From an uncultured Gammaproteobacteria bacterium (GTDB taxonomy: Bacteria > Patescibacteriota > Microgenomatia > UBA12405), in the NCBI GenBank assembly GCA_964408995.1, contig CAYPBP010000004.1:16618-80617 (forward strand): DNA of 64,000 nucleotides, written 5' to 3'. This document shows, piece after piece, positions 10,742 to 19,444 of the stretch. Made by a program: the position numbers and the translations under genes. The notes beneath the pieces are model-generated. The model saw only the letters and a program-made list of their open reading frames with translations, was not told where the DNA came from and ran no database searches. Numbering within the stretch: position 1 is the stretch's first letter; every line of letters starts with the position of its first letter.

Positions 10742-10768
10742 TTATCAGTCGAAATAGTCGACTGCTAA
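10742..10768 (-). promoter_or_regulatory. CIRCE-like (HrcA) operator of groESL
   Basis: TTAGCAGTC-N9-GACTGATAA immediately after a TTGATA-16-TATAAT promoter. Confidence 0.85.
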
Positions 10769-10805
10769 TATTATAACCAGACTAAATATTTTATCAAGGT
10801 GTAAA

Positions 10806-10853
10806 ACCCTCCGTCCCGACTGAAGTCGAGGACACCTCCCTTGACAGGGAGGC
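10806..10853. repeat. REP-like double-hairpin element
   Basis: ACCCTCCGTCCCGAC-TGAA-GTCGAGGACACCTCCCTTGACAGGGAGG; same layout as 39418-39467. Confidence 0.7.
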
Positions 10854-10885
10854 TTTAAAAAAAATAATTGGATATAATAGATAGT

Positions 10886-11482
10886 ATGAATAAAGTAAAA
10901 GTTTTAATTGAAGGATTTGCTTATAAAAATGATAATTATAAAAAAGTATCCCCTAGCGTAGTTTTGATTGAGACTGATACCTTAAAAATAATTGTGGACC
11001 CTGGTTTAAATAGAAAAGATTTATTAGATGCACTAGAAAAAGAAAAATTAAAGACTGGTCAAATTGATTTTGTGGTTTTGACACATAATCATTTGGACCA
11101 TTCGGCCTTGGTTAGTGCTTTTGAAAAAGCAATAATTCTAGATGATGAACAGAAATATATACAAAATGGAGAAATATCGATGCAAGGAGAAAATATTTTA
11201 GGACAAGGAGTGGAAATAATATCAACCCCAGGTCATGATCCATTCCATTGCTCTGTTTTAATTAAAACTGAAGATATGGGAACAGTGGTGGTGGCAGGAG
11301 ATACTTTTTGGTGGAGAGATGGAAATGAACCAGAAAAAGATTTTGAAAGTTTGATTAATTTAAAAGATCCGTTTATAAAAGATGAAAAAGCTTTGATTGA
11401 AAGCCGAAAGAAAATTTTAGAAATTGCTGATTATATAATCCCCGGTCACGGAAAGATGTTTAAAAATTTAAATAAAAAATGA
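10886..11482 (+). CDS. MBL-fold metallo-hydrolase
   Basis: THNHLDH, TPGH, VAGD, IIPGHG. Confidence 0.92.
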   Translation: MNKVKVLIEGFAYKNDNYKKVSPSVVLIETDTLKIIVDPGLNRKDLLDALEKEKLKTGQIDFVVLTHNHLDHSALVSAFEKAIILDDEQKYIQNGEISMQGENILGQGVEIISTPGHDPFHCSVLIKTEDMGTVVVAGDTFWWRDGNEPEKDFESLINLKDPFIKDEKALIESRKKILEIADYIIPGHGKMFKNLNKK

Positions 11483-11988
11483 AAAATTTAATTTTTATTG
11501 GTGGAACAATGGGGGTTGGGAAAACAACAACTTCTAAATTATTAAAAAAACTTTTACCAAACTGTGTATTTTTAGATGGTGATTGGTGTTGGGATATGTC
11601 GCCCTTTAAAGTCGCACCTGAAACACAAAAACTAGTCGTCGACAATATTTGCTTTTTACTTAATAATTTTTTGAAATGTACAGAATTTGATAATGTTATT
11701 TTTTGTTGGGTGTTACATAAACAATCAATTATAGATGACATTATTTCTAGATTAGATTCAGATAATTACAATCTTTTTAATTATTCTTTAGTTTGCTCAC
11801 AAGAAGCTTTAAAACAAAGATTGCAAAAAGATGTTGAAAATAAACAAAGGGAGGAAGAAATTATCTCTAGAAGTATTGAAAGAATTGAAATGTATAATGA
11901 TTTGGATACAAAGAAAATTGATGTATCTATCATTACTCCACAAGAAACAGCAAAAATTATAGCTGATGAAGTATTAAAAAATAAATAG
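11479..11988 (+). CDS. P-loop nucleotide kinase-like (AAA family) protein
   Basis: GTMGVGKTT Walker A, LDGDWCW. Confidence 0.85.
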   Translation: MKNLIFIGGTMGVGKTTTSKLLKKLLPNCVFLDGDWCWDMSPFKVAPETQKLVVDNICFLLNNFLKCTEFDNVIFCWVLHKQSIIDDIISRLDSDNYNLFNYSLVCSQEALKQRLQKDVENKQREEEIISRSIERIEMYNDLDTKKIDVSIITPQETAKIIADEVLKNK

Positions 11989-12056
11989 AATTTGGGTTAA
12001 CAAAAAGAAAATTCCATAGTTAAAATTAAGGAAGTTAGTAAGTTATAATAAGCTGT

Positions 12057-13328
12057 ATGTCAAAAATAAAAAATATCTATGCCCGAGAAATCTTGGCTAG
12101 TGGCGGAGCCCCAAGTTTAGAAGTTACCGTCACCTTAGAATCTGGAGCTATTGGCGAAGCATCAGTTAGTTATGGTGCATCAGCTGGTTCAAAAGAAGCT
12201 ACTGTCCTTTTGGACGGAGATAAAACCAGATACGGCGGCAAAGGAATGCTAAATGCTATTGCCAATATTAATAATCAAATTAAAAATGCTTTGGTAGGAA
12301 TCGAAGCTGGTGAACAAAGAGCAATTGATAATAAAATGATTGAATTGGATGGAACTATAAACAAAGCAGTTTTGGGTGGAAATGCTATGTTGGGAGTGTC
12401 TTTGGCAGTGTGCCGTGCTCAAGCCTTGGAAGAAAACTTACCTTTATATAAATACTTAAGAAAAATTTATTCAATTAATGAAACTGAATGGAAATTACCA
12501 AAACCAATGATTGTGATGATTGAAGGTGGAAAACATGCTGATGAAACCACTGATTTACAAGAATTCATGATTGGAGCTATGGGAAACAAAAGTGCGGCCG
12601 AAAATGTACGAATGGAAATGGAAATTTATAGCGCTTTGAAAAATATTTTAAAAGGTGAGAAATTATCAACCAATGTAGGTAATGAAGGTGCTTTTGCTCC
12701 AAACGGAATAGCTTCTAATGAAAAACCCATTGAATACTTAGTCCAAGCTATTACTAATGCTGGATATACTCCAGGAGTGGATGCTGGGGTGGGAATTGAT
12801 GCCGCAGCTTCCGAATTTTATAATGAGGAAACTAAGAAATATGAATTGAAATTGGAAGGAAAAGAATTAACCAGCGAAGAGTTAATCGCCTATTACAAGC
12901 CTTGGATTGAAAAATATCCAATCGCCACCATGGAAGATATGTTGTCAGAATTTGATTGGGATAACTGGCCAAAAATGGTAGAAGCTATTAATGATAAATT
13001 TCCTTTGATTGCTGATGATTTAACAGTAACAAACACCGCTCTTTGGCAAAAAGCGATTGATATGAAAGCAGCTACAGCTATTTTAATTAAATTAAATCAA
13101 GCTGGAACTTTAACTGAAACTGTTGATTGTTGTTTACTCGCCAATGCTAATAATTTGTTAACCATGCCAAGTCATCGGGGTGGTGGTGAAACCAATGATA
13201 CTTTTATGGTTGATTTGGCAGTAGCTGTTAATTCGGCTTATATAAAAGTTGGACCAACTCGAGGAGAAAGAGTCTGTAAATATAATAGATTAATGAGAAT
13301 TGAAGAAGAGTTAAATAATGAAAAATAA
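12057..13328 (+). CDS. eno: Enolase
   Basis: GASAG..EA, LQEFMI, GNEGAFAP, ADDLTVTN, IKLNQAGTLTE, SHR.GET, GERVCKYNRL.RIEEEL. Confidence 0.96.
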   Translation: MSKIKNIYAREILASGGAPSLEVTVTLESGAIGEASVSYGASAGSKEATVLLDGDKTRYGGKGMLNAIANINNQIKNALVGIEAGEQRAIDNKMIELDGTINKAVLGGNAMLGVSLAVCRAQALEENLPLYKYLRKIYSINETEWKLPKPMIVMIEGGKHADETTDLQEFMIGAMGNKSAAENVRMEMEIYSALKNILKGEKLSTNVGNEGAFAPNGIASNEKPIEYLVQAITNAGYTPGVDAGVGIDAAASEFYNEETKKYELKLEGKELTSEELIAYYKPWIEKYPIATMEDMLSEFDWDNWPKMVEAINDKFPLIADDLTVTNTALWQKAIDMKAATAILIKLNQAGTLTETVDCCLLANANNLLTMPSHRGGGETNDTFMVDLAVAVNSAYIKVGPTRGERVCKYNRLMRIEEELNNEK

Positions 13329-14850
13329 AAAAATTATTTTAATAGTTAGAGATGGTTGGGGTTATTCGACTAGCTCTTATGGTAACGCCATAATGGCAGC
13401 TAAAACTCCAAATAGCGATAATTATATAAATAATTACCCCACTTCCCTTTTGAAGTGCATTGGTGAGGAAGTAGGTAACCCAGATTCGGCTCAGGGCGGA
13501 AGTGAAGTTGGTCATTTAACTTTAGGGGCTGGAAGAATTGTGTGGCAACCTCAACAATTGATAAATAATGCAATTGAGGATGGTAGTTTTTTTACTAATC
13601 CAGCCCTTTTGGGAGCAATTGAAAATTGCAAAAAAAATGATTCAGCTCTACATTTGGCTGGTTTACTATCTGATGCTGGAGTCCACTCTGATATCAGTCA
13701 ACTTTATGCTTTATTAAAGTTGGTAAAAGATAATGGATTAACTAAAGTTTTTATCCATGTGATTACTGATGGCCGAGATGTAGGAGAAAAAACAGCTTTG
13801 GAATATATAGAAAAACTAGAAAACAAAATTAAAGAAATGGGAGTTGGCAAAATTGCTTCAGTGATTGGTCGATATTATGCTATGGATAGAGACACTAATT
13901 GGGAAAGAACTAAAGCTAGTTATGATTTGATGACCCAAGGAACAGGGTTTAAAGCCACAAGTGCTAGAGAAGCGGTTTTGAATGCATACGAAAGGGGTGA
14001 TAAAACTGATTATTATGTTCAAGCAACAACAATTGTAGAAAATGATAAAGCAGTGGCCTTGCTGACAGAAAAAGACTCTTTTGTTTGGTTTAATTTTAGA
14101 ACTGATAGATCTAGACAAATTACAGCCATGATGAAGAAACAAAGTTTGTGTCCGAAAGATTTTTGGGGCACAATTAATCCTTACTATGTAGGAATATGCC
14201 AATATGATGAAAGTTGGACCTTGCCAGTGGCTTTTTTATCAGAAAAAATTAAGAATAATTTAGCCCAAGTTTTGGCTGATAATAATAAAAGTGATTTAAG
14301 AGTGGCAGAGACGGAAAAATTTGCTCATGTGACTTTCTTTTTTAACTCTCAACAAGAAAAAGTATATGATGGAGAAGAAAGATTTATGGTGCCAAGTCCA
14401 AAAGTCGCCTCTTATGATTTGCAACCAGAAATGTCAGCTTATGGAGTAAAAGATAAAGTTTTAGAAAATATTGGAAAATATGATTTTACATTAATAAATT
14501 TTGCTAATGCTGACTTGGTTGGTCATGCTGGAATTTTTGAGGCTGCAGTTAAAGCCTCTGAAGTGGTTGATGAATGTGTGGGAGAAATTGTTAATAAAGC
14601 CCTTGAAAATGATTGTTATGTAATTGTGGGAGCTGATCATGGAAATGCCGAAGAAATGCTTTATGATGATGGCCAAAAAGATGCTTCTCATGGATTTAAT
14701 CCAGTCACCTATTCTTTGGTGGGTAAAGATTTAGAAGGAATTGAATTAAAGAAAAATGGTGGATTAAAAGATGTGGCGCCAACAATTTTGGAATTAATGG
14801 GAATTGAAAAACCACTAGAGATGACTGGAGAAAGCTTAATTGTTAGATGA
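13318..14850 (+). CDS. gpmI: 2,3-bisphosphoglycerate-independent phosphoglycerate mutase
   Basis: DGWG, SEVGH..LGAGR, SDAGVHS, GRYYAMDRD, AETEKFAHVTFF, ADHGNAE. Confidence 0.97.
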   Translation: MKNKKIILIVRDGWGYSTSSYGNAIMAAKTPNSDNYINNYPTSLLKCIGEEVGNPDSAQGGSEVGHLTLGAGRIVWQPQQLINNAIEDGSFFTNPALLGAIENCKKNDSALHLAGLLSDAGVHSDISQLYALLKLVKDNGLTKVFIHVITDGRDVGEKTALEYIEKLENKIKEMGVGKIASVIGRYYAMDRDTNWERTKASYDLMTQGTGFKATSAREAVLNAYERGDKTDYYVQATTIVENDKAVALLTEKDSFVWFNFRTDRSRQITAMMKKQSLCPKDFWGTINPYYVGICQYDESWTLPVAFLSEKIKNNLAQVLADNNKSDLRVAETEKFAHVTFFFNSQQEKVYDGEERFMVPSPKVASYDLQPEMSAYGVKDKVLENIGKYDFTLINFANADLVGHAGIFEAAVKASEVVDECVGEIVNKALENDCYVIVGADHGNAEEMLYDDGQKDASHGFNPVTYSLVGKDLEGIELKKNGGLKDVAPTILELMGIEKPLEMTGESLIVR

Positions 14851-14886
14851 TATAATAGCCTATTATTAGGTTAATTAGAAAAATAT

Positions 14887-15120
14887 ATGAGTAATGATGA
14901 AAATTTTAAAGAACCCTTTGATTATAGTTTTTTGAATAATGTTAAAAGTATTTGTAGAGTAAATTTTTACGCTAGTACTAGTGAAACAGCAACGCTTACA
15001 CTACCGGAAGTGCCTGGATCTCGATTTTATGACGAAGATCGCCCAGAGTCTGAATGCAATGATTTAGATAGAGAAAAGTTTAAGAAACCTTTTGATTGGA
15101 GTTTTTTAAATAATGATTAA
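14887..15120 (+). CDS. Small hypothetical protein with terminal repeat
   Basis: 77 aa, follows TGATATAAT, overlaps next gene; FKEPFDYSFLNN / FKKPFDWSFLNN. Confidence 0.6.
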   Translation: MSNDENFKEPFDYSFLNNVKSICRVNFYASTSETATLTLPEVPGSRFYDEDRPESECNDLDREKFKKPFDWSFLNND

Positions 15121-16312
15121 GATTTTAGCACCGGCGGGAAATTTTGAAAGCTTGATGGCAGCCATAAACGCCAAGGCTGATGAGGTTTATTTTGGAGTGG
15201 GAAGTTTGAATATGAGAGCTAGTAGTGCCAATAATTTTTCTATAAGTGATTTAGAAAAAATTGGTCAAATTTGTAAAAAAAATAAAGTAAAAAGTTGGGC
15301 AACTTTGAATACGGTGGTTTATGATGAAGAACTTGAAGAGATAAAAAAAATTTTAAAAGAAATTAAGAAAGCTCTAATTGATGGAGTAATTGCAACGGAC
15401 TTAGCTGTCATAAAAATGGCTAATAAATTAAAATTGGAAGTTTGTGTGTCAACCCAAATGTCAGTGTCTAATTTAGAAACTATTAAAACTTTAAGTAAAT
15501 GGGTAGATAGAATAGTTTTGGCTCGGGAATTGAATTTAGAACAAATTAAAAAAATAACCGAGGGAATTAAGAAAGAAAAGATTAAAGGAGCTAGTGGAAA
15601 GCTAATTGAGATTGAAGTTTTTGGACATGGAGCCATGTGTGTGGCAGTTTCGGGTCGATGTCAGATGAGTTTGTATAGTAATAATTTGTCAGCTAACCGA
15701 GGAAAGTGTGTCCAAATGTGTAGGAGAAAATATGAGGTAAAAGATATGGATAGTGGTAAAGAAATGGTTTTGGATAACAATTTGGTAATGAGTCGAAGTG
15801 ATTTATGCACCATCGGATTACTAGATAAATTAATTGAAAGTGGAATCTCAACTATTAAAATTGAGGGTCGAGCCAGAGGGGCTGACTATGTCGATTTGGT
15901 GGTTTCAGTTTATAAAAAAGCCATAAATTTAATTGAAAAAAATAATTATAAAAAAACTGAAAAAAAGAAATTATTAGACCAATTAAAGACGGTTTTTAAC
16001 CGAGGTTTTTCGTCTGGTTTTTATCTAGGAAGATCGACTGACGAGTGGGCATTGGGTGAAAATAATCGCGCTACAGAATTGAAACAATTAATTGGTCAAA
16101 TAGAGCACTTTTACCCGAAGCCTTCGGTTTGTCAAGTTGAAGTAAAAAGCGGGATTGAAGTTAAAAATGGAGATAAATATTTAATAATGGGACCAACGAC
16201 TGGAGTCATTAGAGGGACTTTTGAAGACATAAAAATGGATGACAAATTAACTTTCAAAATTTCTAAAAAAGCTAGAAAAAATGACAAGGTTTGGGTGATA
16301 AAATCTGTTTAA
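15113..16312 (+). CDS. Peptidase U32 family protein (TrhP/RlhA-like Fe-S hydroxylation factor)
   Basis: ILAPAG, ADEVYFG, STQMSVSN, RIVLAREL, HGAMC...SGRC, NRG.C.Q.CR, KIEGR. Confidence 0.92.
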   Translation: MIKILAPAGNFESLMAAINAKADEVYFGVGSLNMRASSANNFSISDLEKIGQICKKNKVKSWATLNTVVYDEELEEIKKILKEIKKALIDGVIATDLAVIKMANKLKLEVCVSTQMSVSNLETIKTLSKWVDRIVLARELNLEQIKKITEGIKKEKIKGASGKLIEIEVFGHGAMCVAVSGRCQMSLYSNNLSANRGKCVQMCRRKYEVKDMDSGKEMVLDNNLVMSRSDLCTIGLLDKLIESGISTIKIEGRARGADYVDLVVSVYKKAINLIEKNNYKKTEKKKLLDQLKTVFNRGFSSGFYLGRSTDEWALGENNRATELKQLIGQIEHFYPKPSVCQVEVKSGIEVKNGDKYLIMGPTTGVIRGTFEDIKMDDKLTFKISKKARKNDKVWVIKSV

Positions 16313-16385
16313 AATCCAATCTTCCCCCTGACCCCCTTCTTTAACAAGACGGGGGAAAAATATTTTTTATTTAAAATAAAATATT

Positions 16386-16781
16386 TTATTTATCTCGTAA
16401 ATAAAATTGTGTAGCGGCTCGGATAATGGTGGCACCGATGATGGCGATAAGAAAAATTGGATCGATAATTTGTTTAACAAAAGCTCCAATTAATAAAACA
16501 AAAATCATGAACCATAAAGCGTTTCTGTCGGCAATGGCCTCGTGAAGTCTTTCTCTTTCGTCTTTTTTAATTTGGGCCATAATATGGACAACGTCTATTA
16601 TTAATAGAGCAGCTATGACCATAGTAAAAATATTTTTAATATTTTGATCAATAGGAATTGAACTAATAATAACTATAGGGGCTACGAAGACAGTTATATA
16701 AAGCCAACCCTGCCAACAGTTTGGGGTTAATCCCCAACCAGTATACTTTCTAACATTGAACCATTTTGGATTTCCAATCAT
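16386..16781 (-). CDS. Membrane protein
   Basis: Four hydrophobic segments; GWGLTP..WQGW and DERE motifs; downstream of an XRE gene. Confidence 0.8.
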   Translation of the reverse strand: MIGNPKWFNVRKYTGWGLTPNCWQGWLYITVFVAPIVIISSIPIDQNIKNIFTMVIAALLIIDVVHIMAQIKKDERERLHEAIADRNALWFMIFVLLIGAFVKQIIDPIFLIAIIGATIIRAATQFYLRDK

Positions 16782-16814
16782 ATTTAGTTTATTAGTTAAT
16801 TAGTAATTAGTTTA

Positions 16815-17006
16815 TTAGTTAAATAAAAATAATTTGTCAATTGATGTTTTAAGTGTTTTAGCTACATCATGAGCTAGTTTTAAAGATGGATTGTATTTGC
16901 CTTGTTCAAGAAAAACAATCGTTTCTCGCCTAACTCCAACCAAGTTAGCTAACTGGTCTTGAGTTAGATTTAATTTAGCTCGATATTCTTTTATTTTAGT
17001 TTTCAT
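16815..17006 (-). CDS. XRE-family HTH transcriptional regulator
   Basis: [31 protein letters not shown]. Confidence 0.93.
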   Translation of the reverse strand: MKTKIKEYRAKLNLTQDQLANLVGVRRETIVFLEQGKYNPSLKLAHDVAKTLKTSIDKLFLFN

Positions 17007-17054
17007 GTTATGTATTTATAACTATAAGTTAGAACTATCTAACACATTTGTCAA
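17007..17054 (-). promoter_or_regulatory. Promoter with two tandem palindromic operators
   Basis: GTTAT-GTATTT-ATAAC (17007-17022) and GTTAG-AACTAT-CTAAC (17028-17043); TTGACA at 17049-17054 on minus strand. Confidence 0.7.
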
Positions 17055-17063
17055 GAGAGTAAA

Positions 17064-18524
17064 TTAAATACAGCTGGAACGGAATTCGATTTTATTTTCA
17101 GGTAAATATAGTTTTTGATCGACATTTAATTCGTCAATGAACTCTTGATTGTGAGAAACAATTAAAAGTGCTCCTTGATAGGATTTAATTGAATCTAAAA
17201 TTAATCTTTGAGATAAAGGATCTAAATAAGTTGTAGGTTCATCTAGGACTAAAAAATTAAAATTTTGAGCCAAAAGACGAGCAATTGAAAGACGAGTTTT
17301 CTCTCCACCAGATAGACCAAAAACTTTTTGAAAAACTTTATCACCAACAAAAAGCATTTTACCTAGAAGTGATCTTATTTGGCTTTCGTTCATGCCACTT
17401 TCTAATTTTTTAATAGTTTCAAATAAAGTTATTTCTGGGTCTAAATCTGATAATTCCTGACAATAATAACCCCATTTTAACTTTTCGTCTCTGACAACTT
17501 CACCCGAATCTGGATCTAAATTACCTAGCAGAATTTTTATTAAAGTTGATTTGCCGGCTCCGTTAGGACCTAGAAGAGCAGTTTTTTGACCTCGTTTAAT
17601 GGTCAAATTTACTTGATTTAAAACTCGTTTTGAATTGAAAGACTTAGAAATATTTTTAGTAAACAAAGGTATCTCTCCAACCCAAATAGGCTCTGGCAAA
17701 ATTAATCTGATTCTTTTGGCCTCAGGAGGAAGAGAAGGCATATTTTCTTCTATTTTTTCAATTCTTCTTTGAAGATTTAACTTAGCCCTAACACCTTTTT
17801 CTGATTTAAAATGAGAGATTTTTAGTAAACCTTTTTTCATTTGAACTAAATGTTTTTGCTCAGTTTCAATTTGACGTTTTAATAAGTCTTCTTTTTCAGT
17901 TTTTAATTTTGAGAATTCATGATAATTACCACCATAAACATCAATTTGTTTAGTTTGAGGATTAATATAGAAAATCTTGTTTAAAGTTCCCCCTAGCAGA
18001 TCCAAATCATGGGAAATGATAATTAAAGTTCCTTTAAATCGATTAATAAAGCTCATTACCCATTTCTTACCATCATCGTCTAGAAAATTTGTTGGTTCAT
18101 CTAAGAGTAAAACTTTAGCTTGACTTAAAATGGCTCGGCATAAAGCTAATCTGGTTTTTTGACCACCACTTAAAACTTGAGGTTGGTCTTTTAAATCTAA
18201 TTTACCCAATCCAAGACCAGATAAAACTCTTTTAATTTCATATTCTGGATTATTATTTATATTAAGATATTCGAAAATATTTTTAGAATTGTCCATAACG
18301 GAATCGCTTTTAATTTCTTGGGGTACAAAAGTAATTTTTCCTTCAACTTTAATATGGCCGTCATCGGCCTGTTCTATTCCAGATAAAATTTTGAATAAAG
18401 TAGTTTTTCCAGAGCCATTAATACCAACAAGACCAACTTTTTCTCCATCGTTAATAGTAAAGCTCATATTGTCAAAAAGAGCTTTGTCTGTCCACTTAAA
18501 TGATAAATTCTCAACTTTAATCAT
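17064..18524 (-). CDS. ABC-F family ATPase
   Basis: Two ABC domains (GINGSGKTT/LSGGQ/LLDEPT; GPNGAGKST/LSGGE/VLDEPT), no TM segments. Confidence 0.93.
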   Translation of the reverse strand: MIKVENLSFKWTDKALFDNMSFTINDGEKVGLVGINGSGKTTLFKILSGIEQADDGHIKVEGKITFVPQEIKSDSVMDNSKNIFEYLNINNNPEYEIKRVLSGLGLGKLDLKDQPQVLSGGQKTRLALCRAILSQAKVLLLDEPTNFLDDDGKKWVMSFINRFKGTLIIISHDLDLLGGTLNKIFYINPQTKQIDVYGGNYHEFSKLKTEKEDLLKRQIETEQKHLVQMKKGLLKISHFKSEKGVRAKLNLQRRIEKIEENMPSLPPEAKRIRLILPEPIWVGEIPLFTKNISKSFNSKRVLNQVNLTIKRGQKTALLGPNGAGKSTLIKILLGNLDPDSGEVVRDEKLKWGYYCQELSDLDPEITLFETIKKLESGMNESQIRSLLGKMLFVGDKVFQKVFGLSGGEKTRLSIARLLAQNFNFLVLDEPTTYLDPLSQRLILDSIKSYQGALLIVSHNQEFIDELNVDQKLYLPENKIEFRSSCI

Positions 18525-18622
18525 AATTATTGTCTATTATAAGGCAAAAAAGAAATTAATTAAGGAAATAATGATTACATTTGTAAATGTTTTGTTACTT
18601 AATATGGTAGAATCCAATATAA

Positions 18623-19444
18623 ATGAAGATTGGAAAAGATAAAAAAGAACTTTTAATTAGACTTTTGGAGGGATTGTTTTGGTTTTTACTTAAAATTGTT
18701 TTTATATGGCTTGTCGTAATTCAAATATTTGAAAGGCTTGATAAGAGATTGCCTTTCTTTTTTGCCCTAGTAGTAACCTATTTTATTTCCGCTTATGTTA
18801 TTTTGCCACAAGCTATTCGTTTAATCTTGCTTATATTAAGAAAAGGAAGGATCCCCCGTTTTACTAGAGGCAGAGATGGATTTCATGTTGATCCGGTGAA
18901 TATAATTTTTTTGGGAACTAAAAATCAATTACAAGATGTTTTTAAAAAGATTGGATGGCATCAGACAGACCCAATAACTATTAAAAGCTCTATAAAAATG
19001 ATTAAAACTTTTGTTTTAAATAAACCATACCCTAAGGCCCCTTTTAGATCATTATTTTTGTTTGGTAGAGAACAAGATTTGGGTTTTCAAGAACCGATTG
19101 GAAATAGCCCTCGAAAAAGACACCATATTAGGTTTTGGGCAACTAATAAAGATCAAATAATTGATCCTTTAGATATAAAATTTTGGACAAAGAAACATAA
19201 GATTGCTTACTCAGAAACCTTTATGTGGGTTGGGGCTGGGAGCGAAGATGTGGGATTTGGTTTGACTGTTAGCTACCAGCCTTCACATAAAGTGAATCAC
19301 AATGTAGATGAAGAAAGAGATTATATTTTATCCTCACTAAAAAAGGCAAAATGTATTAAAAAAATCAGCTATTATGATCCAGGCGAATTTAAAGTTGGAA
19401 AATATACTTCTGATGGACGAATTGCAGTGGCAGAATTGATTTAA
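18623..19444 (+). CDS. LssY C-terminal domain membrane protein
   Basis: N-terminal TMs, DPVNI, Y..APF..LFLFGR.QD, RHHIRFW, VD.ERD. Confidence 0.8.
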   Translation: MKIGKDKKELLIRLLEGLFWFLLKIVFIWLVVIQIFERLDKRLPFFFALVVTYFISAYVILPQAIRLILLILRKGRIPRFTRGRDGFHVDPVNIIFLGTKNQLQDVFKKIGWHQTDPITIKSSIKMIKTFVLNKPYPKAPFRSLFLFGREQDLGFQEPIGNSPRKRHHIRFWATNKDQIIDPLDIKFWTKKHKIAYSETFMWVGAGSEDVGFGLTVSYQPSHKVNHNVDEERDYILSSLKKAKCIKKISYYDPGEFKVGKYTSDGRIAVAELI

